From the human T2T-CHM13v2.0 reference genome, Homo sapiens, in assembly GCF_009914755.1 (NCBI RefSeq), contig NC_060933.1: DNA of 64,000 nucleotides; one strand, written 5' to 3'. Below the pieces are notes generated by a model, which saw only the letters and a program-made list of their open reading frames with translations, made no database searches and was not told the origin of the DNA. Positions 42,025-54,900 of this stretch are shown piece by piece; the first letter of the stretch is position 1, and each line of letters opens with the position of its first letter. The translations under genes were made by a program, and so were the position numbers.

Positions 42025-45000
42025 ATTCAATTCCATTCCATCCCATTGCAATCTAGTTGATTCCATTGCATTCCATTCCATTCCATTCCATTCCATTGCA
42101 TTCCATTCCATTCCATTCACCTGCACTCAGATTGATTCCAGTCCATCCCATTCCATTCCATTCCATTGCATTCCATTCCATTCCATTCACCTGCACTCAG
42201 ATTGATTCCATTCCATCCCATTCCATTCCATTCCGTTCCATTACATTCCATTCCATTCTATTCGCGTTAATTCCATTCCATTCCATTCCATTACATTCCA
42301 TTGCAATCGAGTTGATTCCATTCCATTCCGTTCCATTCCATTCCATTCCATTCCATTCCATTTCGTTCCATTCCATTTTATTCTGTACCATTCCATTCCA
42401 TTCCATTCCATTCCATTCCATTCCATTCCATGCCATTCCACTCGGGTTGATTCCATTGCTTTCCATTCCATTTGGGTTGAATCCAATCCATTCCATTCCA
42501 TTCCATTCCATTCCATTCCATTCCATTCCATTGCACTAGGTTTGATTCCATTCCACGGCATTCCATTCCATTCCATTCCGTTCCATTCCATTCCATTACA
42601 TTCGGATTGATTGTATTCAATTCCCTTACACTCCATTACATTCCATTCCATTCGGGTTGTTTCCATTCCATTTCATTCCATTCCACTCCATTCCATTGCA
42701 CTCAGGTTGATTCCATTCCATTCCATTCCATTCCATTCCATTCCATTGCATTCCGTTCCTTTCCATTCCCCTGCAATCGGGTGGATTCCATTCTATTCCA
42801 TTCCATTCCATTCATTCCATGCCATTCCATTCCATTTCGTTCCATTCCATTCTATTCCGTACCTTTCCATTCCATTCCATTCCATTCCATTCCATGCCAT
42901 GCCATTCCACTCGGGTTGATTCCATTCCTTTCCATTCCATTCTAGTTGAATCCATTCCATTGCATTCCATTCCATTCGATTCCATTCAATTGCACACGGG
43001 TTCATTCCATTCCATTCCATTCCATTCCATTCCATTCCATTCCGTTCCATTACATTCCATTTCGTTCCATTCCATTCTATTCCGTACCATTCCCTTCCAT
43101 TCCATTCCATTCCAATCCGATCCATGCCATTCCACTCCGGTTTATTCTATTCCTTTCCATTCCATTCGAGTTGAACCCATTACATTCCATTCCACTCCAT
43201 TCCATTCCATTCCATTCTACTCCATTCCATTCCATTCCATTCCATTCCATTCCATTCCATTCCATTGCACACGATTTCATTCCACTCCATTCCATTCCAT
43301 TCCATTCCATTCCATTCCATTTCGCTCCATTCCATTCTATTCCGTACCATTCCATTCCATTCCATTCCATTCCATTCCATGCCATTCCACTCGGGTTGAT
43401 TCCATTGCTTTCCATTCCATTTGGGTTGAATCTAATCCATTCCATTCCATTCCATTCCATTCCATTCCATTCCCTTTCATTGCACTAGGTTTGATTCCAT
43501 TTCACTGCATTCCATTCCATTCCATTCCATTAAATTCCATTCCACTCGGGTTGATTCCATTCCTTTCCATTCCATTCCTGTTGAATCCATTCCATTCCAT
43601 TCCATTACTTTCGATTCCATTCCATTGCACTCGGGTTGAACCCATTCCATTGGATTCCATTCCATTCCATTGCATTCCATTCCGTTCCATTCCATTCCAT
43701 TACATTCGTATTGATTCTATTCAATTCCCTTACACTCCATTCCATTCCATTCCATTCCATTCGGGTTGTTTCCATTCCATTCCATTCCATTCCACTCCAT
43801 TCCATTGCAATCGGGTTGATTCCATTCCATTCCATTCCATTCCATTCCGTATGATTCCATTCCATTGCATTCCATTCCATTCCATTCCCCTGCACTCGGG
43901 TGGATTCCATTCTATTCCATTCCATTCCATTCCACTCTATTCCATTCCATTCCATTCCATTCCATTCCATTCCATTCCATTCCATTCTATTCGGGTTAAT
44001 TTCATTCCATTCCATTCCATTCCATTCCATTCCATTCCATTCCATTGAAATCGAGTTGATTCCATTTCATTCCATTCCATTCCATTCCATTCCATTCCAT
44101 TCCATTGCATTCTATTCCGGTTAATTCCATTCCATTCCATTCCATTCCATTCCCTTCCATTCCATTCCATTCCATTCTATTAGGGTTAATTCCATTCCAT
44201 TCCATTCCATTACATTCCATTGCAATCGAGTTGATTCCATTCCATTCCATTCCATTCCATTCAATTCCGGATGATTGCATTCCATTGCCTTCCATTCCAT
44301 TCCAATCCCCGGCACTCGAGTTGATTCCATTCCATTCCTTTCCATTCCATTCCATTCCATTCCATTCCATTCCATTCCATTTCGTTTCATTCCGTTCTAT
44401 TCCGTACCATTCCATTCCATTCCATTCCATTTCATTCCATTCCATTCCATGCCATTCCACTCGGGTTGATTCCATTCCTTTCCATTCCATTCGACTTGAC
44501 TCCATTCCATTCCATTCCATTCCATTCGATTCCATTCCATTGCACACGGGTTCATTCCATTCCATTCCATTCCTTTCCATTCCATTCCATTGCACACGGG
44601 TTCATTCCATTCCATTCCATTCCATTACATTACATTCCATTTCGTTCCATTCCATTCTATTCCGTACCATTCCATTCCATTCCATTCCATGCCATACCAC
44701 TCGGGTTTATTCCATTCCTTTCCATTCCATTCGGGTTGAATCCATTCCATTCCATTCCATTCCATTCCATTCAATTCCATTACATAGCACTCGGGTTGAT
44801 TCCATTGCATTCCATTCCATTCCATTGCATTCCATTCCAATCCATTCCATTCCATTGCATTCCATTCCATGCCATTCCACTCGGGTTGATTCCATTCCTT
44901 TCCATTCCATTCGAGTTCAACCCATTCCATTCCATTCCATTCCATTCCATTCCATTCCATTGCAATCGAATTGATTCCATTCAATTCCATTCCATTCCAT

Positions 45001-48000
45001 TCCATTCCATTCCATTCCATGCCATTGCACTCGGGTTGATTCCATTGCTTTCCATTCGATTTGGGTTGAATCCAATCCATTCCATTCCATTCAATTCCAT
45101 TCCTTTCCATTGCACTAGGTTTGATTCCATTCCACAGCATTCCATTCCATTCCATTCCATTCCATTGCATTCCATTCCATTCCATTCCATTCCATTCCAC
45201 TCGGGATGATTCCATTCCTTTCCATTCCATTCGGGTTGAAACCATTCCATTCCATTCCATTCCTTTCGATTCCATTGCATTACAGTCGGGTTGATCCCAT
45301 TCCATTGCATTGCCTTCCATTCCATTGCATTCCATTCCGTTCCATTCCATTCCATTACATTCGTATTGATTCTATTCAATTCCCTTACACTCCATTACAT
45401 TCCATTCCATTCGGGTTGTTTCCATTCCATTCCATTCCATTCCACTCCATTCCATTGCAATCGGGTTGATTCCATTCCATTCCATTGCATTCCATTCCAT
45501 TCCATTCCATTCCGTATGATTCCATACCATTGCATTCCATTCCATTCCATTCCCCTGCACTCGGTTGGATTACATTCTATTCCATTCCATTCCATTCCAT
45601 TCCATTCCATTCTATTCGGGTTAATTTCATTCCATTCCATTCCATTCCCTTCCATTCCATTCCATTCCATTCGATTCCATTCCATTCCATTGAAATCGAG
45701 TTGATTCCATTCCATTCCATTCCATTCCATTCCATTCTATTCGGGTTAATTCAATTCCATTCCATTCCATTCCATTCCCTTCCATTCCATTCCATTCCAT
45801 TCCATTCCATTCCATTCTATTAGGGTTAATTCCATTCCATTCCATTCCATTCCATTCCATTCCATTCCACTCCATTCCATGCCATTCCACTCGGGTTTAT
45901 TCCATTCATTTCCATTCCATTTGGGTTGAATCCATTCCATTCCATTCCATACCATTCCATTCCATTCCATGCCATTGCACTCGGGTTGATTCCATTCCTT
46001 TCCATTCCATTCGAATTGAACCCATTCCATTCCATTCCATTCCATTCCATTCCATTCCATTGCTCACGGGTTCATTCCATTCCATTCCATTCCATTCCAT
46101 TTCGTTCCATTCCATTCTGCTCCGTACCATTCCATTCCATTCCATTCCCTTCCATGCCATTTCACTCGGGTTTATTCCATTCCTTTCCATTCCATTCGGG
46201 TTGAATCCATTCCATTCCATTCCATTCCATTCCATTCCATTCCATTCCATTCCATTGCGCTCGGGTTGATTCCATTCCATTCTATGCCATTCCATTTCAT
46301 TCCATTCCATTCCATTCCATTCCATTCCATTCCATTCCTTTCCTTTCAAATCCATTCCATTACATTCGGAATGATTCTTTTTAATTCCCTTACACTCCAT
46401 TACATTCCATTCCATTCGGGTACTTTCCATTCCATTCCATTCCATTCCACTGTATTCTATTGCACTCGCGTTGATTGATTCCATTCCATTGCATTCCATT
46501 CCATTCCATTCCATTCCATTCCATACCATTCCATTCCATTCTGTTCAGGTTAATTCCATTCCATTCCATTCCCTTCCATTCCATTCCATTCCATTCCATT
46601 CCATCCCATTGCAATCGAGGTGATTCCATTGCATTCCATTCCATTCTATTCCATTGCATTCCATTCCATTCCATTCCCCTGCACTCAGATTGATTCCATT
46701 CCATTCCTTTCCATTCCATTCCGTTCCATTCCTTTCTATTCCATTCTATTTGCGTTAATTCCGTTCCATTCCATTCCATTACATTCCTTTGCAATCGAGT
46801 TGATTCCATTCCATTCCGTTCCATTCCATTCCATTCCATTCCATTCCATGCCATTCCACTCGGGTTGATTCCATTCCTTTCCATTCCATTCGAGTTGAAT
46901 CCATTCCATTCCATTCCATTCCATTCGATTCCATTCCATTGCTCACGTGTTCATTCCATTCCATTCCATTCCATTCCATTCCATTTCGTTCCATTCCATT
47001 CTCTTCCGTAGTATTCCATTCCATTCCATTCCAATCCATTCCATGCCATTCCACTCGGGTTTATTCCATTCCTTTCCATTCCATTCGGGTTGAATTCATT
47101 CCATTCCATTCCATTCCATTCCATTCCTTTCCATTCCATTCCATGCCATTCCACTCGGGTTGATTCCATTCCTTTCCATTCCATTCTAGTTGAACCCATT
47201 CCATTCCATTCCATTCCATTCCATTCCATTGCACACGGGTTCATTCCATTCCATTCCATTCCATTCCATTCCATTCCATTTCGTTCCATTCCATTCTATT
47301 CCTTACCATTCCATTCCATTCCATTCCCTTCCATGCCATTTCACTCGGGTTTATTCCATTCCTTTCCATTCCATTCGGGTTGAATCCATTCCCTTCCATT
47401 CCATTCCATTCCATTGAACTCAGGTTGATTCCATTCCATTCCATGCCATTCCATTTCATTCCATTCCATTCCATTCCATTCCATTCCATTCCATTCCGTT
47501 CCCTTCCATTCCATTACATTCGGATTGATTCTTTTTAATTCCCTTACACTCCATTACATTCCTTTCCATTCGGGTACTTTCCATTCCATTCCATTCCATT
47601 CCACTGCATTCTATTGCACTCGGGTTGATTGATTCCATTCCATTGCATTCCATTCCATTCCATTCCCCTGCACTCGGGTTGATCCCATTCCATTGCATTC
47701 CATTCCATTCCATTCCATTCCATTCCATTCCGTTCCATTCCATTCCATTCCATTCTCTTCAGCTTAATTCCATTCCATTCCATTCCTTTCCATTCCGTTC
47801 CATTCCATTCCATTCCATTCTGTTCAGGTTAATTCCATTCCATTCCATTCCCTTCCATTCCATTCCATTCCATTCCATCCCATTGCAATCTAGTTGATTC
47901 CATTGCATTCCATTCCATTCCATTCCATTCCATTGCATTCCATTCCGTTCCATTCCCCTGCACTCAGATTGATTCCATTCCATCCCATTCCATTCCATTC

Positions 48001-49637
48001 CGTTCCATTACATTCCATTCCATTCTATTCACGTTAATTCCATTCCATTCCATTCCATTACATTCCATTGCAATCGAGTTGATTCCATTCCATTCCGTTC
48101 CATTCCATTCCATTCCATTCCATTTCATTCCATTCCATTCTATTCTGTACCATTCCATTCCATTCCATTCCATTCCATTCCATTCCATTCCATGCCATTC
48201 CACTCGGGTTGATTCCATTGCTTTCCATTCCATTTGGGTTGAATCCAATCCATTCCATTCCATTCCATTCCATTCCATTCCATTTCATTCCATTCCATTC
48301 CATTCCATTCCATTGCACTAGGTTTGATTCCATTCCACTGCATTCCATTCCATTCCATTCCGTTCCATTCCATTCCATTACATTCGGATTGATTGTATTC
48401 AATTCCCTTACACTCCATTACATTCCATTCCATTCGGGTTGTTTCCATTCCATTACATTCCATTCCACTCCATTCCATTGCACTCAGGTTGATTCCATTC
48501 CATTCCATTCCATTCCATTCCATTTCTTTCCATTCCATTCTATTCCGTACCATTCCATTCCATTCCATTCCATTCCATTCCATGCGATTCCACTCAGGTT
48601 TATTCCATTCCTTTCCATTCCATTCGGGTTGAATCCATTCCATTCCATTCCATTCCATTCCATTCCATTCCTTTGCACTCGGGTTGATTCCATTCCATTC
48701 GCTGCCATTCCATTTCATTCCATTCCATTCCATTCCATTCCATTCCATTCCATTCCATTCCACTGCATTCTGTTGCACTCGGGTTGATTGATTCCATTCC
48801 ATTGCATTCCATTCCATTCCATTCCATTCCATTCCATTCTGTTCAGGTTAATTCCATTCCATTCCATTCCCTTCCATTCCATTCCATTCCATTCCATCCC
48901 ATTGCAATCGAGGTGATTCCATTGCATTCCATTCCATTCCATTCCACTGCATTCCATTCCATTGCATTCCCCTGCACTCAGATTGATTCCATTCCATTCC
49001 TTTACATTCCATTCCGTTCCATTCCTTTCCATTCCATTCTATTTGCGTTAATTCCGTTCCATTCCATTCCATTACATTCCTTTGCAATCGAGTTGATTCC
49101 ATTCCATTCCGTTCCATTCCATTCCATTCCTTTCCATGCCATTCCACTCGGGTTGATTCCATTCCTTTCCATTCCATTCGAGTTGAATCCATTCCATTCC
49201 ATTCTATTCCATTAGATTCCATTCAATTGCTCACGTGTTCATTCCATTCCATTCCATTCCATTCCATTCCATTCCATTCCATTCCATTTCGTTCCATTCC
49301 ATTCTCTTCCGTAGTATTCCATTCCATTCCATTCCACTCCATTCCATGCCATTCCACTCGGGTTTATTCCATTCCTTTCCATTCCATTCGGGTTGAATTC
49401 ATTCCATTGCATTCCATTCCATTCCATTCAGTTCCATTACATTGCACTCGGGTTGATTCCATTCCATTCCATTCCATTTCAATCCATTCCCTTCCATTCC
49501 ATTTCATTCCATTCCTTTCCATTCCATTCCATTCCATTCCATTCCATGCCATTCCACTCGGGTTGATTCCATTCCTTTCCATTCCATTCTAGTTGAACCC
49601 ATTCCATTCCATTCCATTCCATTCCATTCCATTGCAC

Positions 49638-49643
49638 ACGGAA
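49638..49643. other. Strand-switch (inversion) junction 2, ATTCC->GGAAT
   Basis: ...ATTCCATTGCACACG|GAATGGAATGG... The B motif TTGCACACGGGTTCATT is truncated at (C)GG, which also starts GGAATGG (2-3 bp microhomology). Confidence 0.93.
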
Positions 49644-51990
49644 TGGAATGGAATGGAAACAACCCGAATGGAATGGAATGTAATGGAGTGTAAGGGAATT
49701 GAATACAATCAATCCGAATGTAATGGAATGTAATGGAACGGAATGGAATGGAATGGAATGCAGTGGAATGGAATCAAACCTAGTGCAATGGAATGGAATG
49801 GAATGGAATGGAATGGAATGGAATGGAATGGAATGGATTGGATTCAACCCAAATGGAATGGAAAGCAATGGAATCAACCCGAGTGGAATGGCATGGAATG
49901 GAATGGAATGGAATGGAATGGAATGGAATGGTACAGAATAGAATGGAATGGAACGAAATGGAATGGAATGGAATGGAATGGAACGGAATGGAATGGAATC
50001 AACTCGATTGCAATGGAATGTAATGGAATGGAATGGAATGGAATTAACGCGAATAGAATGGAATGGAATGTAATGGAACGTAATGGAATGGAATGGGATG
50101 GAATGGAATCAATCTGAGTGCAGGGGAATGGAATGGAATGGAATGCAATGGAATGGAATGGAATGGAATGGAATGCAATGGAATCAACTAGATTGCAATG
50201 GGATGGAATGGAATGGAATGGAATGGAATGGAATGGAATTAACCTGAACAGAATGGAATGGAATGGAATGGAACGGAATGGAATGGAAAGGAATGGAATA
50301 GAATGCAATGGAATGGGATCAACCCGAGTGCAGGGGAATGGAATGGAATGGAATGCAATCTAATGGAATCAATCAACCCGAGTGCAATAGAATGCAGTGG
50401 AATGGAATGGAATGGAATGGAAAGTACCCGAATGGAATGGAATGTAATGGAGTGTAAGGGAATTAAAAAGAATCAATCCGAATGTAATGGAATGGAATTG
50501 AAAGGAAAGGAATGGAAAGGAATGGAATGGAATGGAACGGAATGAAATGGAATGGCATAGAATGGAATGGAATCAACCCGAGCGCAATGGAATGGAATGG
50601 AATGGAATGGAATGGATTCAACCCGAATGGAATGGAAAGGAATGGAATAAACCTGAGTGAAATGGCATGGAAGGGAATGGAATGGAATGGAATGGTACGG
50701 AGTAGAATGGAATGGAACGAAATGGAATGGAATGGAATGGAATGGAATGAACCCGTGAGCAATGGAATGGAATGGAATGGAATGGAATGGAAGGGAATGG
50801 AATGGGTTCAATTCGAATGGAATGGAAAGGAATGGAATCAACCCGAGTGCAATGGCATGGAATGGAATGGAATGGAATGGAATGGAATGGACTCAACCCG
50901 AATGGAATGGAAAGGAATGGAATAAACCCGAGTGGAATGGCATGGAATGGAGTGGAATGGAATGGAATGGAATGGAACGGAATGGAATGGAATGGAATTA
51001 ACCCTAATAGAATGGAATGGAATGGAATGGAATGGAATGGAATGGAATGGAAGGGAATGGAATGGAATGGAATGGAATGGAATCAACTCGATTTCAATGG
51101 AATGGAATGGAATGTAATGGAAGGGAATGGAATCAACCCGAGTGGAATGGAATGGAATGGAATGGAATGGAATGGAATGGAATGGAATGGGTTCAACTCG
51201 AATGGAATGGAAAAGAATGGAATCAACCCGAGTGGAATGGCATGGAATGGAATGGAATGGAATGGAATGCAATGGAATGGAATGGAATGGATTCAACCCG
51301 AATGGAATGGAAGGGAATGGAATAAACCCGAGTGGAATGGCATGGAATGGAGTGGAATGGAATTGAATGGAAGGGAATGGTACGGAATAGAATGGAATGG
51401 AACGAAATGGAATGAAATGGAATGGAATGGAATGGAATGAACCCGTGTGCAATTGAATGGAATCGAATGGAATGGAATGCAATGGAATGGTTTCAACTAG
51501 AATGGAATGGAAAGGAATGGAATCAACCCGAGTGTAATGGCATGGCATGGAATGGAATGGAATGGAATGGAAAGGAATGGTACGGAATAGAATGGAATGG
51601 AACGAAATGGAATGGAATGGAATGGAATGGAATGGAATGGAATGGAATAGAATGGAATCCACCCGATTGCAGGGGAATGGAATGGAATGGAATGGAATGG
51701 AATGGAATGGAATGGAATGGAATGGAATGGAATGGATTCAACCCGAATGGAATGGAAAGGAATGGAATAAACCCGAGTGGATTGGCATGGAAAGGAATGG
51801 AATGGAATGGAACGGAATGGAATGGAATCAACTCGATTGCAAAGGAATGTAATGGAATGGAATGGAACGGAATTAACGCAAATAGAATGGAATGGAAAGG
51901 AATGGAACGGAATGGAATGTAAAGGAATGGAATGGAATCAATCTGAGTGCAGGGGAATGCAATGGAATGGAATGCAGTGGAATGGAATGG
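49641..51990 (+). repeat. Variant-B HSat3 in + orientation (inverted copies of segments from 42.7-49.2 kb)
   Basis: Private variants CAAACCTAGTGC, GGATTGGATTCAACCCAAA, CAACTAGATTG, AAAGTACCCG, AATTAAAAAGAATC, GAACCCGTGAGC and TTAACGCAAATAG have reverse-complement matches left of junction 2. Confidence 0.85.
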
Positions 51991-54900
51991 AATGGAATGC
52001 AATGGAATGGAATCAACCCGAGTGCAATCGAATGGAATCGAATGGAATGGAATGCAATGGAATGGATTAAACTTCAATGGAATGGAAAGAATGGAATCAA
52101 CACGAGTGGAATGGCATGGAATGGAATGGAAACTACCCGAATGGAATGGAATGTAATGGAGTGTAAGGGAATTGAATAGAATCAATCCGAATGGAATGGA
52201 ATGGTATGGAACGGAATGTAATGGAATGGAATGGAATGGAATCAACCCGAGTGCAGGGGAAAGGAATTGAATGGAATGCAATGGAATGGAATGGAATGGA
52301 ATGGAATGGAATGGAATCAACTCGATTGCAATCGAATGGAATAGAATGGAATTAACCCGAATAGAATGGAATGGAATGGAATGGAACGGAACGGAATGGA
52401 ATGGAATGGAATGGAATGGAATGGAAAGGAATGGAATGGAATGGAATGGAATGGAATGGTATGGAATGGAATGGAATCAACGCGAGTGCAGGGGAATGGA
52501 ATGGAATCGAATTTAATGGAATGGAATGGAATGGAATCAACCCGAGAGCAGGGGAATGTAATGGAACTGAATGCAATGGAATGCAATCATCCGGAATGGA
52601 ATGGAATGGAATGGAATGGAATCAACCCGAGTGCAATGGAATGGAGTGGAATGGAATGGAATGGAATGGAACAACCCGAATGGAATGGAATGTAATGGAG
52701 AATAAGGGAGTTGAAAAGAATCAATCCGAATGTAATGGAATGGAATGGAACGGAATGGAATGGAATGGAATGGAATGCAATGGAATGGAATCATGCCGAG
52801 TGCATTCGAATGGAATCGAATGGAATGCAATGCAATGGAATGGATTCAACTTGAATGGAATGGAAAGAATGGAATCAACACGAGAGAAATGGCATGGATT
52901 GGAATGGAATGGAATGGAATCAACCCGAGTACAGGGGAATGTAATGGAATGCAATGCAATGGAATGGAAGCATCCGTAATGGAATGGAAATGAATGGAAT
53001 GGAAAGGAATGGAATGGAATGGAATGGAATGGAATGGAATGGAATGGAACGGAATCAACTCGATTGCAATCGAATGGAATGGAATGGAATTAACCCGAAT
53101 AGAATGGAATGGAATGGAATGGAACGGAACGGAATGGAATGGAATGGAATGGAATGGAATGGAATGGAACCGAACGGAACGGAATGGAATGGAATGGAAT
53201 GGAATGGAATGGAATGGAATCAACACGAGTGCAGGGGAATGGAATGGAATGGAATGCAATGGAATGGAATCTTCTGGAATGGAATGGAATGGAATGGAAT
53301 GCAATGGATTCAACTCGATTGCAATGGAATGGAATAGAATGGAATGGAATGGAATGGAATGGAATGGAATGGAATTAACCCGAATAGAATGGAATGGAAT
53401 GGAACGGAATGGAACGGAACGGAATGGAATGGAATGGAATGGAATGGAATGGAATGCAATGGAATGGTATGGAATGGAATGGAATGGAATGGAATCAACG
53501 CGAGTGCAGGGGAATGTAATGGAACGGAATGCAATGGAATGGAATCATCCGGAATGAAATGAAATTGAATGGAAACAACCCGAGTGCAATGGAATGGAGT
53601 GGAATGGAATGGAATGGAATGGAACAACCCGAATGGAATGGAATGTACTGGAGAGTAAGGGAGTTGAATAGAATCAATCCGAATGTAATGGAATGGAATG
53701 GAACGGAATGGAATGCGATGGAATGGTATCAACCCGAATACAATGGAATGGAATGGAATGGAATGGAATGGAATGGAATGGAATGGAATGGAATGGAATG
53801 GAGTGGAATTGAATGGAATGGAATGGCTTCAAACCGAATGGAAGGGAAAGAAATGAAATCAACACGATTGGAATGGAATGGAATGGAATGGAATGGAATG
53901 GAATGGAAGGGTACGGAATAGAATGGAATTGAAAGAAATGGAATAGAATGGAATGGAATGGAATGGAATGGAATGGATTCAACTCGAAAGGAATCAACTC
54001 GATTTCAAAGGAATGGAATGGAATGGAAAGGAATAGAATGGAATCAACCCGAGTGGCATGGAATGGAAAGGACTGGAATGGAGTGGAATGGAATGGAATG
54101 GAATGGAATCAAATCGATTGGAATGGAATGGAATGGAATGGAATGGAATCAACTCGATTGCAATGGAATGGAATGGAATGGAATTTTAATGGAATGGAAT
54201 GGAATGGATTCAACCCGAGTGCAGGGGAATGGAATGGAATGGAATGCAATGGAATGGAATCATCCGGAATGGAATGGAATTGAATGGAATGGAATGGAAT
54301 CAACTCGATTTCAATGGAATGGAATGGAATAGAATGGAATAGTATTAACACGAATAGAATGGAATGGAATTGAATGGAATGGAATGGAACGGAAAGGAAT
54401 GGAATGGAATGGAATGGAATCAACGCAAGTGCAGGGGAATGGAATGGAATGGAATTCAATGGAATGGAATCATCCGGAATGGAATGGAATGGAATGGAAT
54501 GGAATGGAATGGAATCAACCCGAGTGCAATGGAATGGAGAGGAATGGAATGGAATGGAATGGAAACTACCCGAATGGAAGGGAATGTAATGGAGTGTAAG
54601 GGAATTGAATAGAATCAATCCGAAAGTAATGGAATGGAACGGAACGGAATGGAATGCAATGGAATGGAATCAACCCGAGTGCAATCGAATGGAATCGAAT
54701 GGAATGGAATGCAATGGAATGGATTAAACTTCAATGGAATGGAAAGAATGGAATCAACACGAGTGGAATGGCATGGAATGGAATGGAATGGAATGGAATC
54801 AACGCGAGTGCAGGGGAATGTAATGGAACGGAATGCAATGGAATGGAATCATCCGGAATGAAACGGAATTGAATGGAAACAACCCGAGTGCAATGGAATG

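Larger units (their letters stand above)
9281..49640 (-). repeat. HSat3 block 2, inverted (ATTCC on +), ~40.4 kb
   Basis: From GGTTTATTCC at 9281 to ATTGCACACG at 49640 the + strand reads ATTCC with CTCGGGTTG terminators, the reverse complement of the flanking blocks. Confidence 0.95.
20600..49640 (-). repeat. Variant-B HSat3 domain (contains an A island at ~28540-30650; a B sub-variant begins ~37450)
   Basis: Diagnostic motifs TTGCACACGGGTTCATTCC, CATGCCATTCCACTCGGGTTTATTCC, TTCGAGTTGAA(C/T)CC, GGGTTGTTTCC, TTGCCTTCAATT and GGTTGATTGATTCC. After ~37450 also TTTTTAATTCCCTTAC, GGTTGATCCC, GGTGGATTCC and TTGAAATCGAG. Confidence 0.75.

Noticed and set aside
9281-49640. Invertible element or transposon bounded by inverted repeats
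   Set aside because: No recombinase or transposase, no specific terminal repeats or target-site duplication, and the two junctions are not cleanly reciprocal.
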